Below, one piece after another: positions 43,877 to 47,517 of a DNA stretch of 47,517 nucleotides. Position numbers and translations under genes: made by a program. The notes under the pieces are model-generated. The model was given only the letters and a program-made list of their open reading frames with translations. It made no database searches and was not told the DNA's origin. Numbering within the stretch: the first letter of the stretch is position 1; every line of letters begins with the position of its first letter. Origin of the DNA: Crocinitomicaceae bacterium (lineage in GTDB: Bacteria > Bacteroidota > Bacteroidia > Flavobacteriales_D > Crocinitomicaceae); contig JBILCD010000001.1 of NCBI GenBank assembly GCA_044353285.1, positions 1-47,517 of the forward strand. Reading direction: 5' to 3'.

Positions 43877-46800
43877 TTATGGGGTGGTCGGTAAAATAAT
43901 TGTAAATGTCGTTCCTAAATTAGGAGATGAATCAAAGAAAATCTGTCCACCATGATTCTCTATAATTTGTTTTACTATTGAAAGGCCTATGCCACTTCCT
44001 TTTGATTTGGTTGTGAAATGTGGTTGGAATATTTTTTCTTTCTGATCTTCGGATATTCCCCTCCCATTATCTTGAACAGAAATAATAATGGTTTGATCCT
44101 GATTATATAGACGTAAATGGATGCGTGAGTCTGACCTATTAGCACAGGCCTGGATACTGTTTTTAATTATGTTGTTCAAAACCTGAATCCATTGTTCTTT
44201 ATCAATACTAAGAAAACAGGAGTCTAAAGCCGCATCAAATGTTATGCTTGCTTTTTTGTAAGACGAAAACATTAAAAGAACATTGCTAATTATTTGGACT
44301 AAATCTACTTGTGCCTTTTTCGGTTCCGGTAATTGAGCAAAGCTGGAGAATGCTTTAGCTATTTTTACCAAGGCGTCTATTTGCTCAATTATTGAATTTC
44401 CAACGATTTCTAATTTTTTCTTTGAGTCTGGGTCAGAGGGGTCATAAACGCGCAGTAATTGTTGAACGCTTAATTTAATCGGGGTAAGGGGATTGTTTAT
44501 CTCATGGGCAACTTGCTTGGCCATCTCCCTCCATGCAGACTCCCGTTCATTCGACTTTAATAAATTAATCGCGGCCTCTAATTCAATAAGTTTGCTATTA
44601 TATGCATCTACAATTGTGCTGATTTCATCCTTGGCCGTATAAACGATTTGTTGATTCTGCTGACCGAAACTTATAGATTTTACTTTTTGTTGAAGCTGTT
44701 TAAGCGGCTGAACCAAACGAGTGGATACTAATAATGAAATAATAATGGCGCCAGCCAAGAGGAGAATGAAAATACTCATAATAGACACAAGAAACGACTG
44801 TATTTGTTTTTCGTAATCCTCCTGCTTGTTAAAGTGTTGAATGTTTAAATAACCTAAAATTTGATTGCTTCCATTAATAATTGGCACATAAACAGATTGA
44901 AATGATAATTTTCCAATTGTTTCTTTTTGAGAATAAATACTAGATTTATTTAAAAGTTGTTGGAATGCCTGAGGATTTATTTGTTCACTCTGTAAACCGA
45001 GGCTAATTACTTTTGGTTTAGATCCTCCTAAGAGCTGTCCTTTTAGATCATAAATATTAATGTCTGTATCAAAAACGGTTGCTAATTTAGCCGTAAGCGT
45101 TTCAAAGAATGCAGCGTCTTCTGATTTTGTTAAGGCATTGCGAAAGTAGATTTTATTAATTAATTCTATTTCTATTGATTTTACCTTTTCGGTGATTGTT
45201 TTATTGTTAAAGGATTCGTATTGACGACTGACGAAAAGGCCGCTTACTGCTCCAAAAAATATCAACGATAGGGTTACTAAAGAAACAGACATTAATTGTA
45301 TTTTTAAAGCAAGAGTCCAAGTAGACCTTCCTTTTTTAATAAAAACATACGCGGTATTAAGAACCACCAACAGCAGCCCCCAAAAACAAAAAACGTAAGA
45401 AAACGAGGTTAACACATCGTAATTGGTCTTGATTTTTTCCGATAAAATAACCGCTCGATTATTTCCCTTATATAGAATGTAATGATTATAGCCCCCTTGA
45501 TTGAAGAAAACAGACTTACCAGGGGGTTTTTTATAAAAAGAAATTGATTTTTGAAAATCGAAATCGCCTCGTTTTGTTACTAATTTTCCTGCATAATATT
45601 TAGCGATTGAATAATGGCCTATTTCTCTTAAAACATTTGCTTCTTTAGATAATAAAAGTCTAGGAAATCCTATTTCCTCAGGTATTTTTTTTGATTTAAA
45701 AAATAAAAACAAGGTGCCTAAATTACCCGGCATAACCTGCTTAATAATATAATTATAGCCTAAATAAGCATCTTTTATAAAGAAAACACTTGGATTAATG
45801 TCGGATTCTTGCCCATGGTTTTCGAGCAAGTCCTTTATTCTAGTGTGATCCAACCCATCTTTGGTGATAATCGTATTGTTAGATGTGTCAAGAATAGCTA
45901 CGCTTAAGGCATAAGCATCCCAAGTCCCTGTAAAGTACTTTTGTTCAAAAAAATCACTCACCTTAGCGGGTGTTGGAGCAATCTCTAAGGATTTAAAATA
46001 ATTTATCACGGTTGAATCTGATATGATTTGGTTTTGAACGGTAGTATATTTTAATTCCGCCTCCTCATCTCGGTCCGCTAAAAGCTGGCTAGCATATAAT
46101 GCACGAATTGATTTCTCTTTTTTTTCATTGTGGATAGTCAATTCTTTAACAAAGGCCGTGGAAAACAAAGCCAATATGAGCAGTTGTATTATAATCTTAT
46201 TACCTCCTGTTGATGTGCCTTGAGTTATGAATGAAATGCAAACTAAAAGAGTTGGGATAAGCAGTGTTAATGTCGTCTTATCATTAAATTGTACTCCAAC
46301 TAGTAAGTAAATAAACGCAATACTTAAAACAAAACTCCCCTGTACTATTTTCGATGGATTGGTTTCAATAAATTTGGAACTCACTTTGAAAAGTAGATAG
46401 TAAAAGCTATAAAAAATGGCCGCAAATAATACTACTATTGTGTAGGAATATACAGAGAGCGTGAAAGGAAGATCTAAGGTTAATGAAATCGAGGAGTTTT
46501 GAACAACTATCTCCAAAAGATCAATGATTAACCACCATATATAATAAAGAAATAGCAATAAAAGATAGCTCGGAAACCTGTTTTTAATTTGTGTTCCCCA
46601 ATTAAACAGAATGAAAATTCCGTAAATAATAACACTGGTGTTGACGAGTAAGCTCAGGATGTTTGGGAACAAGCCATTAAGCGCAAATAAATTAGCTGAT
46701 TGGTATTCTTGGTTATGAAAAATGTCGGCCGGCAAATAATAAAGTACGAAAATTCTTATTGCTATCAATATTATTAAAGATAACACGCTATAAATGAGGT

Positions 46801-47464
46801 TTTTGTGTGTTAAAAAATAAAGTCCAAACAATAGAAATGCGCAGGATAACACCAATAAAACAAAGGTTATATTGCCATTTGCAGCAAAAGAATTAGGATT
46901 GGGGTTGTCTTTAATATAGAATATATGCTTGCCTTTGTTGTCTTTTATTGAATAACTGCCTGTTTTAGACAAAACAATGGTTGCGGGACCATTATAAATA
47001 GAGGTGTTAAATGTGTTTTCAAGGTATTCGTTTTCGATTTGATAGTCAGACTGAATTAGGATCGACCCTTGAATTATCGTGTCTCCTTTAACCTTAGAGC
47101 AGATATAATAATAGCCATTTTTTAATTTATAGATGCCCTGCTTCGGTTTTGAGGATGTTAAATGTGCCTCCGTGGGCATTTGTGTGGTGTTCCAGTATAC
47201 TAGATCTTTGTTTATATACGTGTGGAAAAAAAAGCCGGTTTTATCTGCTCTAGGTTTTTTTGTATTCGCTATTGCATTATCTAGCTGTTTTTCTAATTCT
47301 GCTACTTGATGTGAAAATTCATCTTGAATTTTTTGATGAATCGTTTGATTTATTTTTGTCGTATTATCGCGAATATCAAAAAGGAGTGCTGCTGCAAAAA
47401 ACAGAGCAGAAAATAAAAACCAACTGGTCTTTTTAAGATACTTTAGTACCGTTATTTTTATCAA
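43877..47464 (-). CDS. very large polytopic sensor histidine kinase with an NtrY-like H-box
   Basis: The C-terminal core has H-box AKQVAHEINNPLTPIKLSVQQL (His codon at 44504-44506), N-box NNIIKNSIQA, G1 DNGRGI and G2 GSGIGL. A HAMP-like linker lies after the last TM helix. I see about 12 hydrophobic helices by eye. The only available start is TTG 47464, because no in-frame ATG lies upstream before the stop at 47513-47515. Confidence 0.85.
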   Translation of the reverse strand: MIKITVLKYLKKTSWFLFSALFFAAALLFDIRDNTTKINQTIHQKIQDEFSHQVAELEKQLDNAIANTKKPRADKTGFFFHTYINKDLVYWNTTQMPTEAHLTSSKPKQGIYKLKNGYYYICSKVKGDTIIQGSILIQSDYQIENEYLENTFNTSIYNGPATIVLSKTGSYSIKDNKGKHIFYIKDNPNPNSFAANGNITFVLLVLSCAFLLFGLYFLTHKNLIYSVLSLIILIAIRIFVLYYLPADIFHNQEYQSANLFALNGLFPNILSLLVNTSVIIYGIFILFNWGTQIKNRFPSYLLLLFLYYIWWLIIDLLEIVVQNSSISLTLDLPFTLSVYSYTIVVLFAAIFYSFYYLLFKVSSKFIETNPSKIVQGSFVLSIAFIYLLVGVQFNDKTTLTLLIPTLLVCISFITQGTSTGGNKIIIQLLILALFSTAFVKELTIHNEKKEKSIRALYASQLLADRDEEAELKYTTVQNQIISDSTVINYFKSLEIAPTPAKVSDFFEQKYFTGTWDAYALSVAILDTSNNTIITKDGLDHTRIKDLLENHGQESDINPSVFFIKDAYLGYNYIIKQVMPGNLGTLFLFFKSKKIPEEIGFPRLLLSKEANVLREIGHYSIAKYYAGKLVTKRGDFDFQKSISFYKKPPGKSVFFNQGGYNHYILYKGNNRAVILSEKIKTNYDVLTSFSYVFCFWGLLLVVLNTAYVFIKKGRSTWTLALKIQLMSVSLVTLSLIFFGAVSGLFVSRQYESFNNKTITEKVKSIEIELINKIYFRNALTKSEDAAFFETLTAKLATVFDTDINIYDLKGQLLGGSKPKVISLGLQSEQINPQAFQQLLNKSSIYSQKETIGKLSFQSVYVPIINGSNQILGYLNIQHFNKQEDYEKQIQSFLVSIMSIFILLLAGAIIISLLVSTRLVQPLKQLQQKVKSISFGQQNQQIVYTAKDEISTIVDAYNSKLIELEAAINLLKSNERESAWREMAKQVAHEINNPLTPIKLSVQQLLRVYDPSDPDSKKKLEIVGNSIIEQIDALVKIAKAFSSFAQLPEPKKAQVDLVQIISNVLLMFSSYKKASITFDAALDSCFLSIDKEQWIQVLNNIIKNSIQACANRSDSRIHLRLYNQDQTIIISVQDNGRGISEDQKEKIFQPHFTTKSKGSGIGLSIVKQIIENHGGQIFFDSSPNLGTTFTIILPTTP

Positions 47465-47517
47465 TTTTACTTTGAATTTAACACTTTCAATTCCATTGAA
47501 CTTATTAATTGATTAAA

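Noticed and set aside
1-47517. Mobile elements, prophage remnants, CRISPR arrays, defence systems, toxin-antitoxin pairs.
   Set aside because: I recognised no transposase, integrase, recombinase, Cas, restriction/methylase or phage structural motifs in any ORF. The only tandem repeats are the in-frame 21-mers and the Gly-codon tracts, and neither has CRISPR-like repeat-spacer structure.

Overview
AT-rich, densely coded chromosomal segment. Most intergenic gaps are under 100 nt; the largest is 333 nt at 23915-24247. It looks like a Bacteroidota (Flavobacteriia/Cytophagia-like) genome. Evidence: a protein with a T9SS C-terminal sorting domain, lineage-typical DUF4270 and DUF3098 genes, a b558-type sdhCAB operon, long-form IspG, asnS-rpoN and ftsX-DUF3098-uppP-truB synteny, and TAnnTTTG -7 promoter boxes ahead of many genes. 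I found no rRNA, tRNA, CRISPR array, transposase, integrase or obvious defence/toxin genes. About 45 protein genes are present and most are housekeeping: asnS, rpoN, glmS, panCD, hemL, kynU, purN, acpP-fabF-rnc, sdhCAB, ispD, cysS, pepP, truB, uppP, ftsX, ispG. Three loci are not housekeeping. (1) 694-7619 is a six-gene, translationally coupled operon: a DltA-like adenylating enzyme, a GNAT, a dedicated carrier protein, two SGNH/GDSL proteins (one with a LysM domain) and an MBOAT. It reads as a hybrid of Dlt-type and peptidoglycan/alginate O-acylation machinery in a diderm that has no teichoic acid, and it is my best candidate for an uncharacterised envelope-modification system. (2) 36609-38948 encodes a T9SS-sorted secreted protein whose central 300 aa are about 42% glycine, with Cys-bracketed polyglycine runs. 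(3) 43877-47464 encodes a 1195-aa NtrY-like histidine kinase with about 12 membrane helices and several predicted extracytoplasmic domains. There is also a compact hemL-SDR-cruF-like-crtZ-crtYcd carotenoid operon. Several ORF-track starts were revised using overlap or abutment with the upstream gene, N-terminal homology and promoter-box position. All calls rest on motifs read by eye; no database search was possible.
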